DNA from: Leidyana gryllorum EB-2025a
Lineage: Eukaryota; Protista; Apicomplexa
Direction of reading: 5' to 3'
NCBI GenBank assembly: GCA_048772705.1
Contig: JBLWGC010000159.1
Coordinates: 186,001-250,000 of the forward strand
DNA length: 64,000 bases
The notes beneath the pieces are model-generated. The model ran no database searches, was not told the origin of the DNA, and saw only the letters and a program-made list of their open reading frames with translations. The position numbers were made by a program, and so were the translations under genes. Below are positions 42,459-54,773 of the stretch, piece after piece. Each line of letters starts with the position of its first letter. Position 1 is the stretch's first letter.

Positions 42459-42895
42459 TGAAACAGTAGTGGCGTTTCTCCATCACATGTTCCTGGCAGG
42501 CAGCTCCGAACAGATTTGCTTTCTCATATATCTGGTCTACTTATCGCTGTTCTTGTGCCAGGAAAACATTGACGAGACTCAATATTTGCAACTCGAACAC
42601 TGTCGGCCGGAGCCTGAACCTCGGTGGTGAACAAGACGGAGGATGTGAAGGCCGCCATCATTTAGGACAAATGATTGGTTCCAGAGATAGCAAGTGCCCA
42701 GTAGTCATAAGTAGATTGAATATATGAGAAAGCAACTCAGTTCTCGTCCGCTAGCGCTCGATGACTGGGGAAAGGGCAGTGTATGAAGGTGTTCGGTCGT
42801 GTGTGCGCCATCGGAGACACGGCTAGGTCACCTAGTTTTTCTTCCGGGTTCCTACTTGAAAACAGATATCTCAGTCTACTGGACAGAGGAGCATC

Positions 42896-45800
42896 ATGGC
42901 CGACCCGGTTTTCGCTGTTCGACGTCTTAACTCCGCTGCCTTCGAAATGAAGCGCAAAGCGTCGTTCTCCAAGTTGGACATGGCCTTACATCGTTCGGCC
43001 TTCGGGATGTATGATGATGTGCAAAGCCCAGTAGCTGAGGGCCAAGATCTAATGTGGTCACTGATGAGCAAATACTTGGACACTGACACTCGTACTATTC
43101 AACGAGGCATAGTGAACCATGTGGAATACACACTAGCCCGCAACCGTTTCAACATGGACGATGAATCATGCTATCGCGCTACGGCATACTCTGTGCGCGA
43201 CCGTTTGATCGAAATGTTCAACGATACTAACCAATTCTTCTTCTCCAAGGATGTTAAGCGTTGCTATTATCTATCGCTGGAATTCTTGATCGGCCGTGCG
43301 ATGCAGAACGCGCTGGTGAACTTGGACATCGAAGACCAGTACAAGAAGGCTTTGAGCGAACTTGGCTACAAGCTAGAAGCTCTATATGAATATGAGCATG
43401 ACGCGGCATTGGGAAATGGTGGACTCGGTCGCCTGGCTGCTTGCTTCCTGGATTCGATGGCCACCCTGAACTACGCTGCTTGGGGCTATGGTATTCGCTA
43501 TACCTACGGAATTTTCGAGCAAAAGATCATCAACGGATGGCAATGTGAATACCCCGACTACTGGCTGATGCAAGACAACCCCTGGGAGATTTGCCGTCAC
43601 GATGTGACTTATGCTGTTCGCTTCGGCGGCCACCTGAAGGAGTACACTGACGAGAAGGGACGGTTCCGTACTAAGTGGGTTGGTGGCAACATTGTGCAAG
43701 CTGTGGCTTACGACAACATCATCCCCGGTTTTGACACCCTCAACTGTATCAATCTTCGTCTGTGGCGAGCGGCTCCCTCCAAAGAATTCGATTTTGATCA
43801 GTTCAACCAGGGACGCTACATGGACGCTATTAGAGAACGCCAGGATGCTGAGTGCATCTCTGCTGTCCTCTATCCCAATGATAACTCGGACGAAGGGAAG
43901 GCTCTCCGTCTGAAGCAGCAATACTTCTTTGTGTGTGCCACAATCCAAGATGTCCTTCGCCGATTCAAGAAGAAGCCGAACCGCGACTGGAGAGATCTCC
44001 CTCAGAAGATGGCGATCCAATTGAACGACACCCATCCGACCATTGGTATCCCCGAGTTGATCCGTATCCTCGTGGATGTTGAGTGCCTCGAATGGGACTT
44101 CGCTGTTGACCTCACTCGTCAAGTCTTCCACTACACCAACCACACCGTTTTGCCCGAAGCTTTGGAGAAGTGGCCTGCTGAGTTGATCGGCCGTCTGCTT
44201 CCCCGTCACCTGAAGATCATCAACGAGCTCAACTTGCGCTTCCTGAACGAGGTGCGCGGCAAGTGGGGCGATGACTACCGCAAAATCTCCCGCATGTCGA
44301 TCTATGAAGACGGTTGGACCAAATTGATCCGTATGGGTAACTTGGCGGCTATCTTCTCTCGGAAGGTCAATGGTGTGGCTGCGATCCACAGTAACTTGGT
44401 GAAGAAGGATTTGTTCCCTGAGTTCGTCGAGTGGTTCAAGCAGAACGGCGATGCCGAGAAATTCTTGAATGTGACTAACGGTGTGACTCCGCGTCGCTGG
44501 ATTCACAACGCAAACCGACCGTTGTCTGAACTCATCAGCTCGTGGTTGGGCAGTGACGGGTGGTTGAAGGATCTGACGATGGTTAGAGGTTTGGAGAACA
44601 ACATTGATGATCCTGCCCTGCTGAAGGAGTGGGCTGGTGTAAAGCGGCGTAACAAAGAGAGATTGGCTCGGTGGGTATCCGCTCATGGCGGTCCGGAGTT
44701 GGATGCTGAGAACATGTTGTTCGACATTCAAATCAAACGTATCCATGAGTACAAGCGTCAACATCTTAACGCTATGTATATGATTCATCGCTATCTGAGC
44801 ATCAAGAAGATGTCCCACGAGCAGCGTCAGAAGATTGTGCCCCGCGCATCAATGGTTGGTGGTAAAGCCGCTCCGGGATACGCCTCTGCCAAGACTATCA
44901 TCAAGTTGATCAACTGCATTGCCAATGTGGTGAACAACGACCCGGATGTCAGTCCGTACTTCAAGGTGTTCTTCCTGCCAAACTACAATGTTTCGTCTGC
45001 TCAAATTATCATTCCGGCTTCGGATATCAACCAGCAGATCTCGACTGCGGGCACTGAGGCCTCTGGGACGAGTAACATGAAGTTCGTGATGAACGGTTCT
45101 CTCATCATCGGTACTATGGACGGTGCCAATGTTGAGATTATCGAGGAGGGCGGTCGCGAAACTGCATTCGTTTTCGGAGCCTCGGAGCCTCAGGTGGCCG
45201 GGATCCGGGAGCGGGCGAAGCGCGGAGACTATAACATCGATGCTCGTTTGTGGGAAGTTTTCAACTTCATTCGTTCAGGCCGTCTCGCTCAGGGCGACAG
45301 CAACGCCCAGTCTCAGTTTAATGAGTTGGTGGATCGTCTGACAATGAACCACGACGGTCATAACGGGGACTTTTACTTGGTCTGCTATGACTTCCCGGAT
45401 TATGTCAAGGCCAACGAGCTGGTGGACGCTACCTACAAGGATAGCAACAAGTGGTGGAAGTTGAGTGTGCAAGCTTCAGTGCGGATGGGCAAGTTCTCTA
45501 CCGACCGGACAATCCGTGATTATGCTGAAATGATCTGGAACATACCAGCGGCTGAACGCCCGGCCCCACATGAGGTATTGAAAAATGACTACGTTTCCTT
45601 GTCTTAACGTGATTCATTCCGCAGTCCCAGATCAGACGCCTCCATTCGGGGGTAGGACGTAATCTGGCTGGTCCCGTGATTGAAAAGGAGGCCGGTGTCG
45701 CTGCTGTGAACGCTACAACCACTACCGGTGCGCCCAAACCCACAGACTTGGTGAAAGAGACTCCGGCTCAGGCTCTTCCTCAAACTAATCAGGTGCCGAC

Positions 45801-46158
45801 CCCTGCCCAAGTGAAGAATGCGGGTACAGCAACAGAGTCCCCAACTGCCAAGCCCACTGTTCAAGCCGGAAAGAAAGCCGAAACACCTCAGACTGTGCGA
45901 ATTCCCGAGGCTGTGCCGCCAACCGCGGTAGATACTCAAAAGCCCATAGCCTCCGCAACCTCGCCCAAAGCATCCACACCCAAATCAGCGGCCAGTCCGA
46001 AGAATGTAGCGGCCAAGCGCGGAGCCGCATCGCCCAAGTACGGATCTCCCAAATCTCGCCCAACGTCGGGCGGCGCTGGAAGTCCGAACAAAATGCAGGA
46101 GTTGAGATCCGAGCCGGAGACGGACGCGGTGATAACTCCTGCCGGGGAGAAGGCGTGA
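42896..46158 (+). CDS. Glycogen/starch phosphorylase with Pro/Ala/Thr-rich C-terminal tail
   Basis: YLSLEFL, LGNGGLGRLAACFLDS, QLNDTHP, NGVTPRRW, KRIHEYKRQ and EASGTSNMK; intron 45575-45624 adds the tail exon in frame. Confidence 0.97.
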
Positions 46159-46464
46159 TCAATAGGTTGTTTTTGACGTGCATTTTGTCCATGCGCAAAC
46201 ACAATTTTGATCTTCGCTCCTATAAGCGCGAAGCTGATCCTTCCCTAGAAATAACAAACAAACAGGTGTCGGCGGTCAATGTTTGTAGTGTGTGTGCCTG
46301 CGTGTGGTGTGTGGGAGGTAATGCGCATCGGCATCTATCATCTAGTCCATGTTTGTGGGTACAAGGGCGATCCACAGTCATGTGGGTCGTTTGCGAGGTT
46401 GGGATACAGCTAGCAGAATCATTGTCTACCAATGCGTTAGCATTCAGTGATGTAATGGGGAAAA

Positions 46465-46995
46465 CTAATTGTCTGCGCGGTGGGAGTGACTCGAACAGTA
46501 GGCAGTGGTACACCTCGATGAGATGCTGTCTTCTTCCGAGTCGTTCATTGATTTGATATTGCGTTTTAAGTACTTATTGGAGAGGTGCGGTAGCATGTGC
46601 AGTGCAAGTCCATTGATTGTTCCAGGCAGCTCGGCCGGTACGGTTGATTCCGGGTATACAGGTCCTCGGCGGATAAGCGGGAAGGCAATGGGGAACACCC
46701 ACCGGAGAGCTTCCCAGGTAACGGCAATAGTTTGTTGCCGAGAGATGCGATTCGCTGTACATCGTAGCCACGAGTTCCAAGTCGCTGGGAGAACGTCGAA
46801 AATAACGTGTCCAATGAATGTGAGAGCGATCAAGACCAGTCGAGACACCAATAGTAGGAAGGCTAAGACCGTCATCACAAGTCCCAAGAGATTCCACACT
46901 ACCAGTCCTACGAGCTCATCACTCTTGTATGACAATGCGTGCACGAGGCCGTGGTATGCGGGCTTGGACATCTTGAGGCTGTCGAATTCGCTCAA
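46465..46995 (-). CDS. Hypothetical membrane protein (boundaries uncertain)
   Basis: ORF with a long hydrophobic stretch (LVGLVVWNLLGLVMTVLAFLLLVSRLVLIAL). Confidence 0.35.
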   Translation of the reverse strand: MSEFDSLKMSKPAYHGLVHALSYKSDELVGLVVWNLLGLVMTVLAFLLLVSRLVLIALTFIGHVIFDVLPATWNSWLRCTANRISRQQTIAVTWEALRWVFPIAFPLIRRGPVYPESTVPAELPGTINGLALHMLPHLSNKYLKRNIKSMNDSEEDSISSRCTTAYCSSHSHRADN

Positions 46996-47246
46996 CTAGT
47001 TGTAGAAAAAGAGCCACGGTTTTCACGGTCTTGTGTTGCACCCTGTGTACAACTCCTGTCTCCCAAGTACACAATGGTGTCCCACAGACAAAGCGTGCAA
47101 TGGAGGGTATATTGAGAGTTTCCCGCCACTGCTGTAGCACATATCAGCTTCGAAAAGATAGAGATCTCCCTTCTTGCATATACATACTTCTTCGACGAGA
47201 GCTGTACCGCAGATGTACTGTGTTTTTGGGGCTTTTATAGGGGCAA

Positions 47247-50200
47247 ATGGCCAGCTATGGTAAGCCCAATCTAGAGAGTCGCATGTCCAAGTTGAGAACT
47301 GTTGCTGTGATAATTCTTATTGGGGCACTGCTGGTCTTAACATTCCTGATCACCACAAATGGGACCCTCTTGAGTTTCTTCATCCCCACCGACGTATTGG
47401 AAGAATTCACCCGATTCGGCGTCCTCTATACTACAGTCTCCAATTACAGTGTTCTGTATGTGGATCAAGAATGGCTCATCCTCAATGACGGCACTCGTCG
47501 CTTGGACGCTATATCTGACGATCCTGCCAATCGAGTAGGCTCCGATGGCGCACTCCCGACATTCAACAACAACAACGCACACACTCATCGCAGCGCGAAT
47601 AACGCCAGCGTCGTTCCGCCTCAAGCCGCCTTCCTTGATGACAGAGTATCACCGTTCTATCACGATTTCCCATATTACATCTGGGACGGGCCGGTACCCC
47701 GCTTCTCCTTACGGCCGAATGTCGCCCAAGATCGCCAGTCTGTTCATATTCTCACCGCTTCAACTCAGCGTAACGAGATTCTCGTTCACTATCTCTGTCG
47801 CATGACGGCTGCGGGTACACCGAGAGTAATCGACACTCAAGTCTTCGCCAGCGGCGTTTATCGCCCACGGATTCTGAAAAGTTGGACCGAACAACTTAAA
47901 GGAGAGACTACTAACATTACGTTCGCGGCGTGGCTGTGAGTACGATGGTGGTGGCCGATATGTGATATATAATGCCTGACATTAGGAGTGATCTGGACGA
48001 GACGAGCTCAGAGTCGCTGATCTTTGTGGGGGTCGTCGTGAATGACGACTGGTTGGACCCTATGGAGTGCGCCAATACTCAGATCCGAATCCAGAGGGTA
48101 CGCTATCTGCCGTTAACAGTCTACTCGTTGGGAAACTGTCACGATCCGCAAGACTTTAGTCTCCATACGCCCAATAGCCCCTTAGTCGAGGAATTCCAGC
48201 CCACCAGAGAGAAGGCTTACCACCTGTTGTGGGTGGTATGCCAAAACTTCTTCCGCATTGTGAGGTTCGAAACGCTGCTGCCTCCCAATCTCTGGGCTGA
48301 CGGAGAGGAGGGAGAGGCTGCCCGAAAAGCGGACTACCAACCACTTGAATTGTCACCTATCAATGTGTCTGACGGGTGTCACCTGCGGGAAAATGGGGCC
48401 TGCACAGCCACCGAGGAGAGTCCTTCTATATATGCTGACTGGGCTACAGGGGCGAATGGCAATGTAACACTAATGGCAAATGGTGTGGACACCAATGGCG
48501 AAGGTAATGTGGAAGCGATCGTGTGCGACTTTGGGTATCCCTCCACTTCTTTCTTTTCACAGACTCAATATTCAGCTATGTCTTCTTCGCAAACGTTACC
48601 GAGTTGGGACCGGAACTCAGAGTCTGCGACGCATTCAAGCCGTATCTGTGGGCGGTCGACCTCGATCGCTTGAAGAATTGGAGCTGCAGGGTGAGATATG
48701 TGAAGAAGCTCTGCTCAAAAATGGAGACCTCTGTTTCTGCAGAGTATGCGTCTGAGACAGACACAGATCCCCACGAGTTTGAGCGTCGCTCCTGATACCT
48801 GTGAGTTAATGTCGACGATCGCATGCCAAAAAGGGTTTCATTGCGCAGCTCGGATTCTCCTCACAATGCATATGCGAGGCATCGGAGAGGTTAATGTGGG
48901 GAACGAAGCGTGTGAAGTTTGTGCTGACCCGAGCTTCCATTCGCGAATTGATCTCCTTTTGTATCGCGAAGATGGGATCCTCGGAGACTCTTATGTCACA
49001 ATGATGAATCCCTCCATGGCCCTACACGACCCCGTTTTTGACGAGATCGTCTATCTAATCGACGGTACCGACGGGTTTCTGCGCTGGATGAATACCAGCG
49101 TCGATGGCGGAGAATACAGCGTTATTCATCCTGCCGAGATCTTACACCTCCAGCGAGTCGTCGACACTGCTCCGCGCGCGCTCAGCAGATCCAGCAGTTT
49201 CGGACGAGGTGAGCGATGTTTCCGATGGGATGGGATGGGATGTAAGTGGGAATGTGCGATGATGTGTCTGTCTGTCTGTGTCTCGTAATCGGCAGTTCAT
49301 CCTCCTGTGCAGTGGTGGTGGCGGATTTCACTGGTCGGTCAATATCGAGTGTGTACCGGCACACGAATAATTACACTTTGACTGTTGAGCCATTGTTTAG
49401 TACGCCCGGCAACCCTTTTGTGGTGGAGGCAGCTTTGGGGAATCGAATGGTGGTGTGGTCAGAGCCTTTGCAGCATCGACTGATGCAAGCGACGTGGGGT
49501 AGTTCGATCGATGATCCGTTAGAGACGACACCATTTGAATTGCTCACGGGCCGATCTGTCTGTGGGGTGGTGTATTCGGAATACTTTGGGAGGGTTTACG
49601 TTTCGAATCCATCGAATGGTGAAGTATTATCGGTTCTGCCCAACGATCGGTCTAATAGTGCGATATCACACTTCTCGATCTCGAACCACGATGATGATTT
49701 GGTGCTGAAGACTCTGCGACCTTATCACCTGCTCGTGGACGAGAACACCGGGGCGGTCTATTTTAATGCCCTCCCGATGGCCAATCTGACTGCTTATAAT
49801 TTGGTGGACCCCAACATGTTCACAGAGCCGTGGCGCGATGGGTACTTTGTTCGTCCTCCTTATGAGAATTACACAGGTATGTATCATTTGTGAAAATGGA
49901 GAACAGCGCGTCATTCAAATGCTTTTATACAACGCAGGTGTGGGGGCGTCGAATTTGGCATCCACCATTTGGTTGATGAAAAAGAGACCTTTCAGTACCT
50001 CTCTCAAGTACTCGCCACGACCATTTTATACTAATCCAGATACTTTCATTCTAACTTTGACCCGCCATGGCGCTTGGCTCGTATTCGTAGAGATGCCTCT
50101 GTCTTTCGAGACAAACTTTACAGCTCGCATCGTTCGTTTACCTCTGCTCAGCACAACCGATGAGAGTTTCACAGTCAACTGGAGAGTCCGGGTGAGCACA

Positions 50201-50655
50201 AAGTGCAACACTGCAGTTGCGAGAGAAAGACTTTGTGAAACCTTCAGGGCCCGGAGGACATTAATGTGATTCTTGACTGGACACAGGCCATTCCCAATAT
50301 GATATATGCCCCGATCGGAGGTAAGATTTGTTGGAACTCCCCCGCGCGCGCTCGCTCGATCGATCACTCCTTCAATCCCTTAATTGGGGTAATATCTTCG
50401 TGGTTCTTCCGCTCATTCATTCCGTCAGCACTCAACTTATGGGAGCCCACAGCGAATGAAGCCGAACAAGGCTCTGGTGTGTCTCCGTATCTGTTTGGGT
50501 ATCTCGCACTGTCGCTGCTAATAGCGAATGTAACCTGCGCGGCTGCATACAACGGGTGCCGCAAGTTTTCGCTCCGCAGCCGATCGGGGGAATCCAAGTT
50601 CCGATGGATGGGTCGAAGTGGTACCCAAACTACAGATACTTCGCGATGGCCTTAG
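47247..50655 (+). CDS. Large membrane-anchored hypothetical protein (multi-exon)
   Basis: N-terminal signal/anchor helix, successive + ORFs separated by short GT-AG gaps, beta-propeller-like segments and a C-terminal transmembrane helix. Confidence 0.55.
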
Positions 50656-53524
50656 TGAGCAGAAAAATGCTGTTCAAGGAACTGTTGCCGTCGAGTCTGG
50701 GTAGTGAGAAGTGGTGATTTGCATATTAGGTCTCTAATGCTGCTGCTTTTGCTCTCCCACCACCCACGCCGCTCTTTCTCGGGCAACCGCACACTCTCTG
50801 CGTAATACACTGCGGGAATGTGGTCTTTGATCAATGTCTTGACCAACAGCGTCTTAGCCTTGAGAAACAGCACCGGCTTCCCACCAAACCACTCTCGCAG
50901 ATGCAAAGTCACAGCCGGGAACGCTCGGTCGATCAGTCGCTGCACCAGATCCATCTGCTCATCAAAGTATCAAAGTGTGCTAAAGTGTTCGAAAAGTAAA
51001 GCTTACCAGTTCGGGACTTGCCGTACCGTCTCCCCTGGTGGCAATTGGGCGCCCGTGACGCAGGCCAGTGACAGTGGCAATAGGCCTCATCAGACTGGCA
51101 GACGCACCCGGCTGCTCAGATGAAGACGAGGCCTGTCGGTTCGACATGGCGGCGGTAGCGGATTGTATCATATTCCGCGCGATCGTCAAACTGGGACCAC
51201 TGTTCGATTTCTTAAGTGGTAACGGGGCACCTCGTCGTGGAGGTGGTGGAGCGGGCGGATTAGTTGTGGTACGTGAGGGTCTGGCAGCACCAGTAGAGGT
51301 CGTGGTGGCGTCCGGTGGTTTCCTCTTTGAGGCGACAGCTGGGGTGGTGGGCTCCAGCAAGCCTCCCTCGCCAATGCCAGTGACATGTGCAACAAAGTCT
51401 ATTTGAGCTGCAGCGTCATTGCTATCGGGCGCCTGCCTTTTCGGTCGTTCTTTGATGCGTCCAATCAATTCGTCCATTGGCAGCAACTCGTCCAGCGCCT
51501 CATTGACTTTGGCGGCTTCCCTGTAGACTTCCTTGGGATGGGCGTTGGACGAAACTCGGCTCGTCTGTACATTGAGTTCCAACAAAGCTCTGTCCAAGGC
51601 GGACACAGCTCCGACTGGTGTTCGGCTCGCTCGTGCAGCCTGTGAAGCACTACGACTGCTATATGACGTTGCCGCCGCAGACGGCTGACTCCGACTCGGT
51701 CTGGACGCCACAGGTGCCACAGGCGGGGGTCCCGGCCGCTTTTTGGCCGCCACTCCCAGTCCCGTTGTCCCCCGGGGGGCTGAACGGCTACCAGCAGCAG
51801 TAGCTGACGGCGCTGCAGAGCGTCTGGATCTGCCTTCCAGCTCTTCGGGTGACACTGTGCCAAGAATGAGATCGTCAACCCGCGACTTTCGAGCGGGAAG
51901 TGCCGAGGCCACTTCTGACGGCAGCAGACGGTGATCTTGGAATTCTATAGGATCTTGAAGATCTTCGTAAGCTGCCTCCTGCAGAAGCTGAGACACCAGT
52001 TGCTCTCTGCGTACAGCTTCCTGAGCTGCCGACGGGGCGGCGGGTGCTGCAGAGGCGGCGGCGGCTCGTCGTCTGGTGCCGGCAGCTCTGGTGCGAGTGG
52101 AGGCGGTAGCTCGGGAGGGCGTTCTGCGTCGCGTCACTGGAGCTGGGGAGAGGACGACGGGTCTGGCAGGTGCAGAGCAGTCTCTGCAAGTCCAGGAAGC
52201 CTCGAGGTGAGACATATCGAGACAGTAGAAATGCGCGCGAGAGTCACATTCAGGTCGAGAACAGGTCATAATTGAATCTATGGTACAAATGACGTGACGG
52301 GTTATAATCGAAGCAACACCCACCTCGGTCACCAAGCATATGACAGACTTGACAAACTTCTCCTGATGCCTCCTGCGCTTGCAGATCGGCCTCCTCGCCT
52401 TCGCGACGGGTGATGGCCTGAATTGTCTTTTTGACTGGGACCCATCGTTTTCGTCTCCCGCCCTGGGTGTAGAAGCAGAGGGCGCCGTACCGCTGTTTGC
52501 ACATACAACAACAATTCTCTGTCTTCGTCCAATGCGATATGCACTCCGCATGATACATATGATAGCACGAGGAGATCATACCAACGACTTCACGCGGCTG
52601 GACAGTCAAAGGGTTGAAAGGCTTCTGTGCCGCCGCCGGAGACGGTGTGGTTCCGCGTTTCGCGGAACCCCCTCGACACGCCGGGCGATCATTGGGTGAT
52701 ATTGTCGTCTGCGTAGTTGTGATCAGAGGCGCGTTGTCGCTGTCAAAGCCGTCTTCGTCACTCTCCTCCGGTTGGGAGGGATCGATAAGTTGTATGAGGC
52801 AAGCGGAGCACACCATTTCTCCATCTTTGTCTGTGTTATAGTCTTCATAGTGTGAAAAATCAACTTGTTCGGGGAAGATCTCTGTATCCACCTTGTACTT
52901 TGACAATCTATTACATGCCACATTCGGGAACCTCATCGGCAGCGGGACTCTTTCCTCTTCCTCGGCTTCAGTGTCGTCACTCGGCCCAAACAGAGGCTCG
53001 TCATCGTCTTCGAGTTCGGCATCGACCCCCCCCTCGGCGCCAGCCTCCTCATTCGTCACCATTCCCGATGGTGGAAGGCTTATAGTCAGAGCCCCTGAGG
53101 ATGGGGGGCTCGCTGTGGGAGCCACCAGAGGAGCTGCATCGTCAGGGCTGCTGCTGCTGGTCTCCTCGACAGCCGGCGCGGAGATAGTGATAGGCACCGC
53201 TGGCGGAACAAGGGTAGTCGTCGCTGTCTCCTCCATAGCCAAGGGCACATCGTCATCGTCGCTGCTCCCCACAGTGACGACACCCGTTTGCGTACTGCCA
53301 TCTGGATTCTGCACTCTGCGCCTCTTGCTGGGTGGCGATGGTTTCAACACCGGAGATAATTGTGGGGGAGTCGATTGATACATTATAGAGTTGAATGCGT
53401 CTTCATCGTCTTCTGCTGCTCCTGCGTCGCCCATACTGTCTTCTGGGGCGAACAAGTCATCATCCAAGTCGCCTCCTGTGTCCTCGAACAGAGGACTTGA
53501 GCTCAGGCCCCCTCGAGAGTTCAT
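50652..53524 (-). CDS. RING + PHD finger protein (PHRF1-like architecture)
   Basis: CSAC...CYHMYHAECISHWTKTENCCCMC (RING) and CQVC...CSRPECDSRAHFYC...WTCRDC (PHD, split by an intron); acidic N-terminus. Confidence 0.85.
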
Positions 53525-53540
53525 CCCAAAAAAAACGCCT

Positions 53541-54773
53541 ATGAGCCCCACATCCACCTCTCTCGTAGTGCTCAATGCCCTCACACCCGTGGCCATCATG
53601 ATGATCTTCATGTCAGACGGTAATGCGTATTCCGGATTCAGAGGTGGGCTAAACTATCAATGAGATCAACCAGTGATCGTGTCAGCTATGTATACGATGC
53701 ACTTTCTCGCTATGGTATTCATCCCGCTATGGCTCATAACGGCTGTAACGAATGATAGACACTATTACGAGTACTGGGCATTACACTACATTCCCAAACA
53801 GTGAGTGCGTGAGCGCTGTACTCAAATCATTGAGCACGGTGTCCAGGTGGAAAACCCACTGGCCCCGTGGGCTTGTCGCTGCATACATAGGGTTCACGTT
53901 GGGGGTCTTCTGGCACGAGTTTATCCTCCTGCGGTATGCCAGTGATGCTCGCAGTCCCGTTATCGCTTCCCGGCGCATAGCTCGTAATCTCGATCTGAGC
54001 AGTCCCTACGTCATTTTCTCGTGCCTTTGGTTCATGTTGGTGAACCCAATTTTGGAAGAGTTCTTCTGGCGCGTCTATCTGATGAAAGTGAGCTATTCTC
54101 AACCCGTGTAGATCGCGTTCACACACACTTCACCAGGAACTTGGGTCTCGTTATTTTGGTAAACCCGCCAACTTTAGTGTCAGCCCGGGTCAATGGGAAG
54201 CTGTTCTGAACCAGTCACCGAGACAATCTGTGGATGGGGGGTACTCGGTTGAGGTCGCTGGGGCTCGACGGCGATCTCCAGACGGTTCGCCAAATGAAAA
54301 TAACGCGGCACCGCCGCTCCCGACACCGCGTCAGCCACTCTTGTCGACGCGCGCAGTCGAAATCGTGGGGAAAGCGTCAGGAGGTCTTGCGGCCGAGGAA
54401 GGTGAGGCGGCACTGCACTGACCTCTCAATTCAGTGCTCATAACGCGTTTCACAGACATCCAAGTGAACTGGATGGGTCAGTTGTTGGTGATGGCTCTTT
54501 ATGTGTCATATCACGTGGTGGTGATCTGGCGCTTCACGCAGGAACTTCCCGTCACAGCCGCTGTGGCATTGTATCTGGCGGTGTACGGGCTGCTTTTTGG
54601 CTGGATACGACTGGATAGACGGTGAGTCGAGTACGACTGTGTTGGGGACCTTTCTCTCTCTTTTACTGTTGTTTAGCTTCGGGTGGATTTGCGCTGCGGC
54701 ACTTCACATAGGGGTGGACATTAGTGTGATTTTTAATATTCATTCGGACCTCATCCGCACCACAAACAAATAA
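53541..54773 (+). CDS. CPBP/Abi (type II CAAX protease-like) intramembrane metalloprotease
   Basis: NPILEEFFWR (EExxxR), SYHVVV and AALHIGVD motifs, assembled over several short introns; stop TAA at 54771-54773. Confidence 0.8.

Noticed and set aside
43382-44818. 478-aa minus-strand ORF
   Set aside because: It is the antisense shadow of the codon-biased phosphorylase exon and has no motifs of its own.
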